This document shows positions 32,149 through 41,970 of a stretch of DNA of 64,000 nt, in pieces; the first letter of the stretch is position 1; each line of letters starts with the position of its first letter. Source of the DNA: a virus; the IMG/VR virus record IMGVR_UViG_3300033146_005596, positions 32,001 through 96,000 of that record; one strand, written 5' to 3'. The notes beneath the pieces were generated by a model. The model was not told where the DNA came from. It worked only from the letters and a program-made list of their open reading frames with translations, and did no database searches. The position numbers and the translations under genes were made by a program.

Positions 32149-32475
32149 ATGAAAATTATTGCAAGTAAAAAAGATTACAAAGAGGTTAAAAAGGCCTTTG
32201 ATAAGCGGCATAAAGAATTAAAACAAATGCCAATGGAGCTTATCAAAGGTAATGAAACTAAAATAATTGTACCACAGCCAGAAGATGGTAAACCAGGTAT
32301 TGATTGGATTAAAAATAAGGCTGATGTTATTAACTACTTAACAAATGCGTATTTCCAGATTAAAAAGTTTTGTCCTATCCTACAAAAGGATTGCATAACA
32401 ACTGGGTGCCAGTGGTACATTATTGCAAATGGTACAGGAGATTGTAATCAAAACTGGTTGTTTCATAAACAATAA
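32149..32475 (+). CDS. hypothetical protein with Cys-rich C-terminus
   Basis: CPILQKDCITTGCQWY...C. Confidence 0.55.
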   Translation: MKIIASKKDYKEVKKAFDKRHKELKQMPMELIKGNETKIIVPQPEDGKPGIDWIKNKADVINYLTNAYFQIKKFCPILQKDCITTGCQWYIIANGTGDCNQNWLFHKQ

Positions 32476-32498
32476 TAAACAATGAAGGTGGAAATTGA

Positions 32499-33095
32499 AT
32501 GATTAAAGGCACGAAATACTGGAATGATAGTGATAAGTATTACACACAGGAAAATAACCCATTGGATAATATGCTAAGAAAGGCCAAGGTGAAATTATGG
32601 CTTGAGACGTGTGGTCCAACCTCTGCGGTTAACATAGCTTCAAGCATGGGATTACTACCAGAAGTTCCAAAGTATGGTATATATAGAATGCAACCTGAGT
32701 CTGTAGTAATGGATTATTTTAACGACTCTAGGCAATACGGAAAATTTAACTTTGTTCGGGACTTGGACAACAAAAAATGGCTGAATAATGAAATACCTCA
32801 GTACTATCCTATAATGGCTAATGAGTTATTTGGAATGAAGGCCATATTTGATTTTGGGCTGGTTTGGGACCTGATAACAAGTAATCTTGTAGAGGGAAAT
32901 GGTATACAGCTTTGTTTAAAGAAACCTGGACATTATATTGCAGCTGTTGCATATGATAGTGGTACTAATGAGATTATCTATAATGATTCTCATCCATCTA
33001 GATTTAAAGACGGAAAAGGTGGGCATAATAGACGTATGACTAAAAAGGAATTTTTAAAAAATGTAAAGCCATATTACATAATTTATTACAAATAG
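32499..33095 (+). CDS. C39-like cysteine peptidase (candidate endolysin)
   Basis: YYTQ...TCGPTSA (Cys), GHYIAAVAYD (His), IIYNDS (Asp). Confidence 0.75.
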   Translation: MIKGTKYWNDSDKYYTQENNPLDNMLRKAKVKLWLETCGPTSAVNIASSMGLLPEVPKYGIYRMQPESVVMDYFNDSRQYGKFNFVRDLDNKKWLNNEIPQYYPIMANELFGMKAIFDFGLVWDLITSNLVEGNGIQLCLKKPGHYIAAVAYDSGTNEIIYNDSHPSRFKDGKGGHNRRMTKKEFLKNVKPYYIIYYK

Positions 33096-33100
33096 ACCAA

Positions 33101-33127
33101 AGAGGCTGATTCTTATCAGCCTTTTTT
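33101..33127 (+). terminator. intrinsic terminator
   Basis: AGGCTGAT-TCTT-ATCAGCCT followed by a T-tract. Confidence 0.75.
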
Positions 33128-33165
33128 ATTTGAACTTATTATAATAGTAAGGAGACTAAAACACT

Positions 33166-33933
33166 ATGAAACTAACTAAAAAAGAAATGGAATTCGCTGT
33201 TAAAACATACGAAGATGTTCGCTACGCTAAAAGAGGGCTTATGTTTAAGAAGTCTAAGAAGAAAAGAAAAGACCCTTCTAAAATAAAAGGTGTTGTAGAT
33301 TTTTATGAGTTTGGTAATGCCCAAGCTGCCCATGTTAAAAAAGGTAAATTAAATATTATAATGACAATGGGGTCTAACGAACTACTAGACTGGATTATGG
33401 ATTTTAGTATTTCATTCAAAAAAGTACCATATAAAAAGCCGGACCAGAAGTCTAAAGTACGAGTTCATAACGGATTTTTAAAATCTTATATGAACATGCG
33501 AGGCTGGGTACACGAGATTGTTAAAGGGCTAGAAGACGGAGATAAGCTCTTAATCCAAGGGCATTCAATGGGTGCTGCTATGAGCACTTTAATGGCCATT
33601 GATATAGATTATAATTTTCCAGGCAAACTAAAAACAGATGTAATTCTAACAGGTTCACCTCGTGTTGGAAATAAGCATTTTGTAGAATCCTATAATAAAA
33701 GAGTTGGTGCTATTACTACAAGATTTGTGTATAAGTCAGATTTGGTACCTCTAGTTCCTTTCAAGTTCTTAGGCTTTAAGCATGTTGTAACTGAAACTCA
33801 TTTAGGGAAAAAAAGGATTATGTTCAGCATACTAAACCATATTATGAGAAAGGGTTATAATAATGTTCTAGTAGCTGGTTATGCAGAAGCCAAGACAAAC
33901 AAAAAGAGGGACAGTAATGGCTCAAAAAGCTAA
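33166..33933 (+). CDS. class 3 lipase
   Basis: DWIMDF lid, VHNGF, GHSMG nucleophile elbow, GSPRVGN, DLVPLVP, H. Confidence 0.9.
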   Translation: MKLTKKEMEFAVKTYEDVRYAKRGLMFKKSKKKRKDPSKIKGVVDFYEFGNAQAAHVKKGKLNIIMTMGSNELLDWIMDFSISFKKVPYKKPDQKSKVRVHNGFLKSYMNMRGWVHEIVKGLEDGDKLLIQGHSMGAAMSTLMAIDIDYNFPGKLKTDVILTGSPRVGNKHFVESYNKRVGAITTRFVYKSDLVPLVPFKFLGFKHVVTETHLGKKRIMFSILNHIMRKGYNNVLVAGYAEAKTNKKRDSNGSKS

Positions 33934-34378
33934 AGACCTTTTATGGAGGATTTTCACTAATGAAAAAACATACATTATTATCCTTGTTATTCTTGTTGTT
34001 GGTGCCATTGCTTTTGGTATCACAACAGGAGTCGGATATTTCAAACAAAAAAGATTTATTAACCAGCTCTCAGAGTACTCAATCCAATACCAAACAGAAA
34101 TTGATGGACTTGCTAAATCAAATGCAAAACTTAAACAGTCAAATAGACAGTTCAGTTCAGCAAACACAAGACTTAGAAACTCAAACTCAAAGTATGAGCA
34201 GCTTAATTCAAGATTACAATCAACTAATGAGCGACTACTCAGCACTACAGGAAGATTACAATCTGAGCTTAGAGGAGTCCAAGAAACTTCAAGAAAGCTA
34301 CGAGAGACTAACCTTGAGTTACAAGCAAATGGAAGAGAGTTACAAAAAGTCCTTGAGCAAATTATCTCAGACTACTAA
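33916..34378 (+). CDS. i-spanin-like protein (N-terminal TM + coiled coil)
   Basis: YIIILVILVVGAIAFGITTGVGYF TM followed by a long heptad coiled coil; ATG at 33916 after GAGGG. Confidence 0.6.
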
Positions 34379-34562
34379 AGAGTTAACACTAGAGATTGAA
34401 GCTAGAAAAAAAGAGCTTGAACATGAGTTAGCTACTAAAGAAAAGATAATAATAGCGGCATCAGTAGTGGGTGGCCTTCTTATAATAGGAACTATAACAT
34501 ACATAGCTATTAAAGAAACATCCAATACAGATAACCCAAATATAATAATTATGAATGAATGA
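33960..34562 (+). CDS. overlapping partner: signal peptide + coiled coil + C-terminal TM (o/u-spanin-like)
   Basis: GGAGG RBS; MKKHTLLSLLFLLLVPLLLVSQ; C-terminal IIIAASVVGGLLIIGTITYIAI; different frame from the previous gene. Confidence 0.6.
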   Translation: MKKHTLLSLLFLLLVPLLLVSQQESDISNKKDLLTSSQSTQSNTKQKLMDLLNQMQNLNSQIDSSVQQTQDLETQTQSMSSLIQDYNQLMSDYSALQEDYNLSLEESKKLQESYERLTLSYKQMEESYKKSLSKLSQTTKELTLEIEARKKELEHELATKEKIIIAASVVGGLLIIGTITYIAIKETSNTDNPNIIIMNE

Positions 34563-34574
34563 GGAGAGCATTAA

Positions 34575-34868
34575 ATGGCACAAAAATACGGAAATAACCG
34601 GAAGTATAAATCAGCTAATATTGAGCTAAGGGCAGCGAATAGCTATATGTTTGAGTTTAACTCTTATCCAATATCAACTGAAAACATTATGCTAACAAAT
34701 GATTCTGTATCAAATAGTATAGAGCTAAATTTTGATTCAAAGTACAACGATGAGTGGATAACAATAAAAGCAGGGGAAGTCCTATCAATAGAAGGTCACT
34801 TTGAAGAGCTAACAGTTAAATCACAGTCAGTAGATGCAGAAGCTCGTCTACTAGTACTAGGAATTTGA
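34575..34868 (+). CDS. small beta-rich virion protein
   Basis: GAGGAG RBS; 97 aa; precedes fibre gene. Confidence 0.5.
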   Translation: MAQKYGNNRKYKSANIELRAANSYMFEFNSYPISTENIMLTNDSVSNSIELNFDSKYNDEWITIKAGEVLSIEGHFEELTVKSQSVDAEARLLVLGI

Positions 34869-34869
34869 T

Positions 34870-37221
34870 ATGTCCAAAATAATATTCACAAGAGCAAAGT
34901 ACACTTCCCAAAATGCAGCTATAAACCTGGCTGTAGAAACGTATGCTGAACTTCCTAGTGGAGTTATAGCTGGTACAACAGGCTTAGTAAAAACGTCAAC
35001 AGGCACAAAATGGCTACTAACATTCAAAGCTGCTGGATTATACATGTATGATGGTACTAACTGGTCGAAAATTAGTAAAAATATAAAATATTCTCAGATT
35101 GCAAGTCAACTTGAATCACTATGGCAGCCTGCCTCTGAAGTAGGCCCAAGCTTATACCCCGTTACAACAATTATAAACTATAATGGAAAACCATATACTA
35201 ACTTCACAGGAGTCAATACTAACTTGAATCCTGAGCTTGACCAAGAAAACTGGCAAACAGTAATAGTATCCGTTTGGAATGAGTACTACCATTATAAAAA
35301 AGGAATGCGAGCAATAGGCTCTGATAACAACACATATGTTGCATATAATGATAATGTTGGGAGTAATCCAACAAATGACTTGGACAATGATTGGGGAATA
35401 TTTTATATTATTGATGGACAGGTGGATACTTTCGCAGAGCTACCAGACTATTCCCAAGTGCAAGGGCAAAAATACTCAGTTAAACAAACAGGTGGACTAT
35501 ACCTAGCTACTCCATTTAAATGGAGCTTTGTGGGAGAGGGTACAACTGGGACTTTTAGTATGCAATCAAGTGGAATTGTACCAATTCCTTACGTTAAAAA
35601 GTTTTTAGAGCCTACCTTTTCTGGTAATACCATGCTAATGAGTGGTATTGGTACCGGGTCCATTACCTATAATGAGTTCTGGATTTTTAAAGCTAGCTTA
35701 CTAAGTACTTTGCAGTCACCATTTATTAAGGTTAATGCTGGAGAATTTCCCATTCCACCTAGCATTTTTGCAGGTGTTGGAGCAAATAATGTTATAGCTT
35801 ATCTTGTATTTCTAAAGAATGACTTAACTTTGGGTTTATCTGAAGAAGATGTCAATCCAACGGATAGTACTATTATAAAGCTGGGTATTACTGTAGTATC
35901 TAATTCTTCAATAGCTTTATTGCAAACAGTACCTTGGGCAAGTACAACCACTAGTAGAGAAAGAATCGAAGGCCCAGAACTACTTAATATGGTAGTAGAC
36001 GGACTAATTGGTCGGGAGTTGGCTCATCAGCAATACTCAGTAGTTCAAGAGGGTATAAATTATGAAATCAATTCATCTTTTGTTTGGAAAAAGGATATAT
36101 TACAAGCGGAGCCACTAGAATGGAAGCCTTGGTGGTCTGGTGCAAACTTACTCGATGTATTCATGGAGCCAACGTTCACAGAAGTAGAAACTAAATATGA
36201 TTTAAATGGTACTTTAACTGAGCTGTCTACTGATAAATGGGGTATATTTCGCTTAGTAGTAAGCCCAGCAACAGGTTTATTTGCATTGGTCTATGGAAAA
36301 CATCAATTTGATTCTAGGACAGAAGCAAAAGCTGCCTCAGTTCAATCTTTTGAGTTTGAAACTTTTCCGTTTACAAGTATGCTAGAGGTTGGACGATTCA
36401 TAGTAAAAGAAGGTTGTGTTTCTTTTAGAGATTACAGTACTTTTGAATGGGTATCTGGAGTAGAGGGCTCAGCCACAGGTATACAAATAACAGCTCATAA
36501 TAGCCTGAATGAAATACAAGGCGGTATTGCTGGTGAGAGATTTCACCTAGACCAAGCAGAATATATTAATAGAGATAGTAGACTACGAAATAATTGGCAA
36601 CCATTTGATGGAACTTCAGGTAGCACTTATGCTCTAAATTGTATGGTTAACTACTTGGGTAAGATTTATAAAAATATAACTGGTACAAATACTCCAACCT
36701 CACCAGCAGCTGATACTACTAACTGGGTAGCTTTTGAGCATTTATCACCAAGCCAATTTGATGGGCTAGTTGCTATGCTAAAGGATCTAGAGCCTGTCGG
36801 TACTATAGTCTCATCACTTCTAACAGAGTCTCAGTTCATTGCTGCAAAAAATAATAATGGTAAATGGGTAATGATGAAAGGGCAGAACATTGGGGGTTCA
36901 GACTTTTCAAACATTACAGGTATTACCTCACTTCCAAGCCAAGATGCTGAAAATGGAATGCACTTAAGAGGTGCAAACGGCCGTACACTAGGAGCAACTG
37001 AGAACGGACAGACTAATAATATTGATAAGCTTTCTACTACTTGGGACTCAAACCAACCTGAAGGTGAAGTAGTTGTACCTGATAATGGTGCTTGGATAGG
37101 TAGGAAGAGCCTAATCTCATACTGGGCAGCAGGTGATTCAACAACATGGCTTAAAAAGAAAGGTATCGAGACGAGAGTACCTAACATAGCTGTTAATTAC
37201 TTTATTAAGATAAATAAATAG
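34870..37221 (+). CDS. tail fibre protein with carbohydrate-binding-like repeats and collar domain
   Basis: repeated WQP...Y...VNY.GK.Y.N.TG.NT...P......W units; PVGTIV...WVMMKGQ...ETRVPNIAVNYFIKIN collar. Confidence 0.7.
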   Translation: MSKIIFTRAKYTSQNAAINLAVETYAELPSGVIAGTTGLVKTSTGTKWLLTFKAAGLYMYDGTNWSKISKNIKYSQIASQLESLWQPASEVGPSLYPVTTIINYNGKPYTNFTGVNTNLNPELDQENWQTVIVSVWNEYYHYKKGMRAIGSDNNTYVAYNDNVGSNPTNDLDNDWGIFYIIDGQVDTFAELPDYSQVQGQKYSVKQTGGLYLATPFKWSFVGEGTTGTFSMQSSGIVPIPYVKKFLEPTFSGNTMLMSGIGTGSITYNEFWIFKASLLSTLQSPFIKVNAGEFPIPPSIFAGVGANNVIAYLVFLKNDLTLGLSEEDVNPTDSTIIKLGITVVSNSSIALLQTVPWASTTTSRERIEGPELLNMVVDGLIGRELAHQQYSVVQEGINYEINSSFVWKKDILQAEPLEWKPWWSGANLLDVFMEPTFTEVETKYDLNGTLTELSTDKWGIFRLVVSPATGLFALVYGKHQFDSRTEAKAASVQSFEFETFPFTSMLEVGRFIVKEGCVSFRDYSTFEWVSGVEGSATGIQITAHNSLNEIQGGIAGERFHLDQAEYINRDSRLRNNWQPFDGTSGSTYALNCMVNYLGKIYKNITGTNTPTSPAADTTNWVAFEHLSPSQFDGLVAMLKDLEPVGTIVSSLLTESQFIAAKNNNGKWVMMKGQNIGGSDFSNITGITSLPSQDAENGMHLRGANGRTLGATENGQTNNIDKLSTTWDSNQPEGEVVVPDNGAWIGRKSLISYWAAGDSTTWLKKKGIETRVPNIAVNYFIKINK

Positions 37222-37276
37222 CTAATAACTTTTTTATGGAAGCAACTAAACTAGTTATAGTAAAAAGGAGATAATT

Positions 37277-37927
37277 GTGAAAGGTTTTATGATTTTTAGT
37301 TCAGTAGTTATATCATTATATATGATAGCTTATTTGAGTTTAGCTCTAGGTGGTATATTCTATCTAATAAACAAAAAGAAAAGCTCAAGGAGGCTAAGCT
37401 ATGGTATTAGCTGGTTATTGAGAATATCTATGTTAATTCGTAGTTCCCCTATTTTAGTGATAACTATGCTAACCCATCTGTTTATAGAGGAGTCATCTAT
37501 GCAGAATCTATTTACAACAGAAAACTTCGGGGGAGTTAAAGTCTATTTTTTTAGATATGAAAAGCTAAATAAATTACAATCTCTTTTTAGTGGAGCTTCT
37601 ATATTTCATATATTTTTACCTCACTACTTCCGAATAGAAGAGAATGAAAATACTAAAGAGGGTTTTAAAGCTATAACTATAAGACATGAATATGGTCATT
37701 TTTTACAGTTAGCTATTCTAGGTGGATGGTTGTATCTATTTTTAATTGCTATACCATCTATTACTAATAATCTAAGAGACCGAAAAAATAAGCTTAAAAA
37801 AGATTATTATGAATATTTCTGGGAAGCTTGGGCTGATAAGCTAGGTGGAATTATTCATGTTTATACAACTAATTCCCAAGGGGGAAGGAGAATCCTCCGG
37901 AAAATAAAGGTCAAAACTAAAAATTAG
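37277..37927 (+). CDS. membrane-anchored zinc metallopeptidase-like protein
   Basis: TM segments, HEYGH, downstream WEAWADKLGG. Confidence 0.55.
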   Translation: MKGFMIFSSVVISLYMIAYLSLALGGIFYLINKKKSSRRLSYGISWLLRISMLIRSSPILVITMLTHLFIEESSMQNLFTTENFGGVKVYFFRYEKLNKLQSLFSGASIFHIFLPHYFRIEENENTKEGFKAITIRHEYGHFLQLAILGGWLYLFLIAIPSITNNLRDRKNKLKKDYYEYFWEAWADKLGGIIHVYTTNSQGGRRILRKIKVKTKN

Positions 37928-37936
37928 TTTATAGTA

Positions 37937-37976
37937 AAAGCCATAACCCTTGTTTATTTCTAGGGTTATGGCTTTT
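37937..37976 (+). terminator. intrinsic terminator
   Basis: AAAAGCCATAACCCT...AGGGTTATGGCTTTT. Confidence 0.7.
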
Positions 37977-38039
37977 CTAGCTAAACTTATAAAAAGTACT
38001 TATTATATATCAAATAGAGAGTTAAGAGGGTGGTTAATT

Positions 38040-38297
38040 ATGATGCAAGGCGAGGAACAAGAGGTTATTTGTAAAGAAACTTTAAATCCTTCAAAAAAAT
38101 TAAAAAAAATAGGATTTCTTTCTGACCCTTTTAACAAGCGGAGTAGTGGCCGGTTAATTAAGCTAGGCAGCTGGTTTTTTGCAGTTGGTATAACTATATA
38201 TGGTATAATAACTAGGCAGGATGTAATTCTGTATGTAACAGCTTTTTTAACATTGGCAGCAGCTAATGAAATAACTTCAAAGGTGACAAACAAGTAA
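38040..38297 (+). CDS. small two-TM protein, holin-like
   Basis: FLSD....SSGRL motif followed by two TM helices; ATG at 38040 after GAGGGG. Confidence 0.45.
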   Translation: MMQGEEQEVICKETLNPSKKLKKIGFLSDPFNKRSSGRLIKLGSWFFAVGITIYGIITRQDVILYVTAFLTLAAANEITSKVTNK

Positions 38298-39229
38298 TGG
38301 ATAGTTTTTTTTCTCTTAGCCCCGAGCAAAAAATATTAGTGTTTGCAATGACAGTAGTTTTAGGTGGTTTAATTATAGGCGGCATATCATTCCTAATAGT
38401 TTTAATAATAAAAACTTCTTCAAAGTATAAAACGAGGATAGGGCTAGGTAAATCAGGAATTTCTGTAGATGGTGGTATTCAAGGCTCTAGCTCTCCTTTA
38501 AGTAAAGACCCATATTTTTTGGAAGTTTTAACCAAAAAGGATAAGCAAATTTCTGGTCTTTACGTAGATATAGATATTATAAAAAATAAAATGCTGGCTA
38601 TGGAACTAGACGTTATCAAGCGGTCTTATGAAACAGATGAGTTAAAAGTTAAACGCCCTCTAAAAGAGCATCCACTTATAGCTAATCTGCAAAATATTAT
38701 AAATAATGGCCCAGAAATATCCGATTCTGATATTAGAAATAAAAGTAATCTTCAAATTAAGTTTGATATTTTTAAGGCGGTAATGATTTTTAGAAATAAA
38801 GTTATGCTAGACTTAGTTTTAGAAGTTCTAAATGAGCTGGAAAAGCCCAACTTACAGGATATAGATAAAGATGAAATACTTTCTAAAATTCCTACGATAT
38901 ACCAAGACTGGAATGCTAAAACAATAGATGATATTTCTAGCTTACCAATTAAACTAACCAACGGAAGTATTTTAAATGGGGCTCCACAATGCTTTATGAA
39001 AAAGTTTAATATCTGGGATGATACCCATTCAAAAGCTTTTTTCATTAAAATGAAAGATGTCATGACTTCTGAGTTTTATAAAACATGGAAGATTAAATTT
39101 ATTTTAATAATGGACGTTTTAGATGTCCTAAGTCAACACTCTTCTATGGAAGCAAAACATACATTAAGTGTGTTAAATGGTGAATTAGATACGGAACTAA
39201 AAAAATCTTTAGGAGATAAATATAAATAA
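38297..39229 (+). CDS. membrane-anchored hypothetical protein
   Basis: N-terminal TM plus helical soluble domain. Confidence 0.55.
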   Translation: MDSFFSLSPEQKILVFAMTVVLGGLIIGGISFLIVLIIKTSSKYKTRIGLGKSGISVDGGIQGSSSPLSKDPYFLEVLTKKDKQISGLYVDIDIIKNKMLAMELDVIKRSYETDELKVKRPLKEHPLIANLQNIINNGPEISDSDIRNKSNLQIKFDIFKAVMIFRNKVMLDLVLEVLNELEKPNLQDIDKDEILSKIPTIYQDWNAKTIDDISSLPIKLTNGSILNGAPQCFMKKFNIWDDTHSKAFFIKMKDVMTSEFYKTWKIKFILIMDVLDVLSQHSSMEAKHTLSVLNGELDTELKKSLGDKYK

Positions 39230-39708
39230 TGAAAAGACTAATGACAGAAGTAGAGCAAAAGGTATATAATAGATTCTTTGAAGACGGAGAGAGTGGTGGT
39301 TCACCTATAGGTCAGACATCTGCTAATATGGCAAGTTTAACACCTGAAAACTTAATCAGTGTTGTAGATGTAAACAAGAATAAGAAAACGTTTAAAGACA
39401 CCTCAAAATATCCTGGTACCACCTACCAAGAAGATGAAGATTTTGGTGCTAATCTAGCAAATAGTTTAAGTCCTATTATTAAAAAAGTAATGTATGGGCA
39501 AGAGCTATATGACCCAAGTGCAATAGAAGCAAAACTAAAAAGTGATTATGGAGTGTCCGGTGATTCTGTTTCAGCTTTAATACAAAATGAGGTTAATGCT
39601 TTTAATAATGCAACTTTACAAGACGGTGAAACAGCTCAAGTACAAAATGTTGCAACAGCAGACGTTCCAGAGTCTCAGCAACAGCAAACAGTCCTAGGAA
39701 CAGGTTAA
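39229..39708 (+). CDS. hypothetical protein
   Basis: AGGAG RBS; 159 aa. Confidence 0.55.
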   Translation: MKRLMTEVEQKVYNRFFEDGESGGSPIGQTSANMASLTPENLISVVDVNKNKKTFKDTSKYPGTTYQEDEDFGANLANSLSPIIKKVMYGQELYDPSAIEAKLKSDYGVSGDSVSALIQNEVNAFNNATLQDGETAQVQNVATADVPESQQQQTVLGTG

Positions 39709-39715
39709 TATTCTT

Positions 39716-40243
39716 ATGAGGCATTTCCAAGCAAGGCTTATGGCAAAGCATGACAATATAAAACGCAAAATGTTTGATAATTCTATGAAGTGGGTAGGTA
39801 ATACAATTGACATGATTAGAGTTAAAACAGAGTTAACTCATCAGGGAGATATAGAATCCCGCGAAATTATAAAAGCAGACACCTTAGAAATTGTCATGCC
39901 GACCTTAAAAGACATACCCCTAAGAAGAGTAACAAAAGAAGGGTCTGGGTTTACAATGGACTCTATATCATCTCTAGACGACGAGACTCAAGGCGTAGAA
40001 GTGCATGCGCCAATGTCTTCAGATGTAACTAGAGATGATTTGTTATTTTGGGTTATGTACGATGAAAATGTAGATTTACCTATTGTGCTTTGTTTAGAAG
40101 TTAAAGACATACTAGGAACTTTTGGAGGCCATGAACTTCTTTATCAGAAATTCAAGACCTCCTACTTTAACGAAACATTGCCAACTAAAATAATACAACT
40201 TTTAATAGATGCTACAGAGCGAAGAAACAAAGTAAACTTTTAA
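39716..40243 (+). CDS. hypothetical protein (possible neck/head-closure protein)
   Basis: 175 aa beta-rich late-operon protein; function inferred only from size and context. Confidence 0.4.
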   Translation: MRHFQARLMAKHDNIKRKMFDNSMKWVGNTIDMIRVKTELTHQGDIESREIIKADTLEIVMPTLKDIPLRRVTKEGSGFTMDSISSLDDETQGVEVHAPMSSDVTRDDLLFWVMYDENVDLPIVLCLEVKDILGTFGGHELLYQKFKTSYFNETLPTKIIQLLIDATERRNKVNF

Positions 40244-40247
40244 GAGA

Positions 40248-40580
40248 CTACAAAAATAGTTTCATTTTAAGTTCAGTACTAAGCTTCAATGCTACTATTG
40301 GATAATTTCTAATTAGCTTTACATTATCTGAATAATTCCATAATGGCTCCTTATAATAAATATCACAGACTATTTGAGTTGCATCTGAAAAAATATCCTT
40401 TATCTCATGGATATTTTCGACTTTTTGAATTTTCAGGTTAGCTCTTCTGACCTTTAAATCAGGTAGTATAAATCCAGTATAGTCTTCAACAGAATTTTCA
40501 TATAAAAGGCTGACACCCTCTGCCCTATTTGCCACAATTGATTTAAAAAAGGTTTGCTTATTTTTGTTTATATCACTCAT
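40248..40580 (-). CDS. hypothetical protein
   Basis: class A promoter (40602-40630) and AAGGAG RBS upstream. Confidence 0.6.
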   Translation of the reverse strand: MSDINKNKQTFFKSIVANRAEGVSLLYENSVEDYTGFILPDLKVRRANLKIQKVENIHEIKDIFSDATQIVCDIYYKEPLWNYSDNVKLIRNYPIVALKLSTELKMKLFL

Positions 40581-40616
40581 ATTTTGTCTCCTTACAAATA
40601 TAATATAACAGTCTTC

Positions 40617-41627
40617 CTACTTTCTGCGTAGAAAATTGCTGGTATCAGGTACCCCCTGATTAAAAACAAAATCTAATGGGTTCGTAGTTGTTTCTAGATA
40701 TTTAAACCAATTCTCAGGGCTTACTAAATATTTAACTTTATTAGCTATATCTTTGATTATCAATTTGTCACCTACAGTATTATAAAAGACTTTAGAATTC
40801 ATAAGTTTATGTAACCTGACTAGCTCCTTATCTGATATTTTTTTAGAAAGCTTACCATACTGAAAGTAAACTTGACCTTTTTCTATTTTGGAAATTTTGA
40901 AAGTTTCTAGCTTATCAGCATAAGGCATATTCTCAAAGGCAAAACCAAAGATTCTATAGCAAGACTTACTTCTAGTCTTAGTCGTGGAATAAACCTTCAT
41001 CCTCCGAACGGGTTTTGAGCTCCTTCCTTCACTGAAAAACGCTATAGCTGCTTCAACGTCTTTAATTGTAAATTTTCCGAGATTGACCTGTGGAATTGTA
41101 TGACTATAAACGCTGGTCTCACTAAAAATATAATTTTCTCCCCTTATTGAGATAGCTTCAACTAAAGCCTCTAGTTTTTCCTGAGTGTTAAATATTATTT
41201 TTAAGGCTTTGAGCTCATCATTCCAACATTTTATATTAGACAAAATGTCATCGCAGCTCTCAGAATTATAAGTTGCATCACCTAATTCTAGCTGTATTTC
41301 ATTAGCACTGTTTAGAGTAAGGCAGTATACGTTATCCTTATATAGGAATCCTGTCCTAAAAAACTTTGAATTAGATGGGTTTGGACGTGAATAGCTATTA
41401 GGCCAGTAAGACCTAAGTTCTTCATCTTTTGGTCTAAAAATTCTGAATTCTCTACTACCTACTATTGCATTTATTTTTTTCTGAGGCTCAGAGTCCTCAG
41501 TACCTAAACCCGCATGCAGATATTTGCTCTTAGCTGCTTTATAATAATTTTTCTTGATTTCAGAGTTTATATACACCTTTTGGTCATCTAAAATCATGTT
41601 TAATGTAGCTCTTGTTTCTACTGTCAT
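40617..41627 (-). CDS. hypothetical protein, paralog of 41971..42978
   Basis: class A promoter at 41648-41676; FNTQEKLEALVEAISIR and ISDKELVRL shared motifs. Confidence 0.65.
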   Translation of the reverse strand: MTVETRATLNMILDDQKVYINSEIKKNYYKAAKSKYLHAGLGTEDSEPQKKINAIVGSREFRIFRPKDEELRSYWPNSYSRPNPSNSKFFRTGFLYKDNVYCLTLNSANEIQLELGDATYNSESCDDILSNIKCWNDELKALKIIFNTQEKLEALVEAISIRGENYIFSETSVYSHTIPQVNLGKFTIKDVEAAIAFFSEGRSSKPVRRMKVYSTTKTRSKSCYRIFGFAFENMPYADKLETFKISKIEKGQVYFQYGKLSKKISDKELVRLHKLMNSKVFYNTVGDKLIIKDIANKVKYLVSPENWFKYLETTTNPLDFVFNQGVPDTSNFLRRK

Positions 41628-41680
41628 ATTTAGCTCCTTACAGATATAATATAACGAACTTTTTGAAATCTGTGTGAACT

Positions 41681-41968
41681 TTATTTTAAATTTTTTAATT
41701 TATACTTAGTAGACAGTTTAATTAGCTCTTTTGGAAAAGCTTTAATACTACGAAAAAATTCATATAGATGCGGTACATTTTCAAGGTCGCAAAGCACCTG
41801 CTTCCTACCAGTATAAGGACAAGTAACAGTAAACTCTCTAAGAATAATTATCCTTATGGGCTCAGTATAATTATTTGGTGTTATAAACCCCAGATAGTCT
41901 ATATCTTTGGGTACCACGGTACCGGCTTCAACTCTATACTCCAAAGTAATACCATCATAGTCTTGCAT
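41681..41968 (-). CDS. hypothetical protein
   Basis: AGGAG RBS; 95 aa. Confidence 0.55.
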   Translation of the reverse strand: MQDYDGITLEYRVEAGTVVPKDIDYLGFITPNNYTEPIRIIILREFTVTCPYTGRKQVLCDLENVPHLYEFFRSIKAFPKELIKLSTKYKLKNLK

Positions 41969-41970
41969 AT

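Noticed and set aside
34870-37221. Diversity-generating retroelement target in a fibre gene
   Set aside because: No reverse transcriptase and no template/variable repeat pair seen in the window
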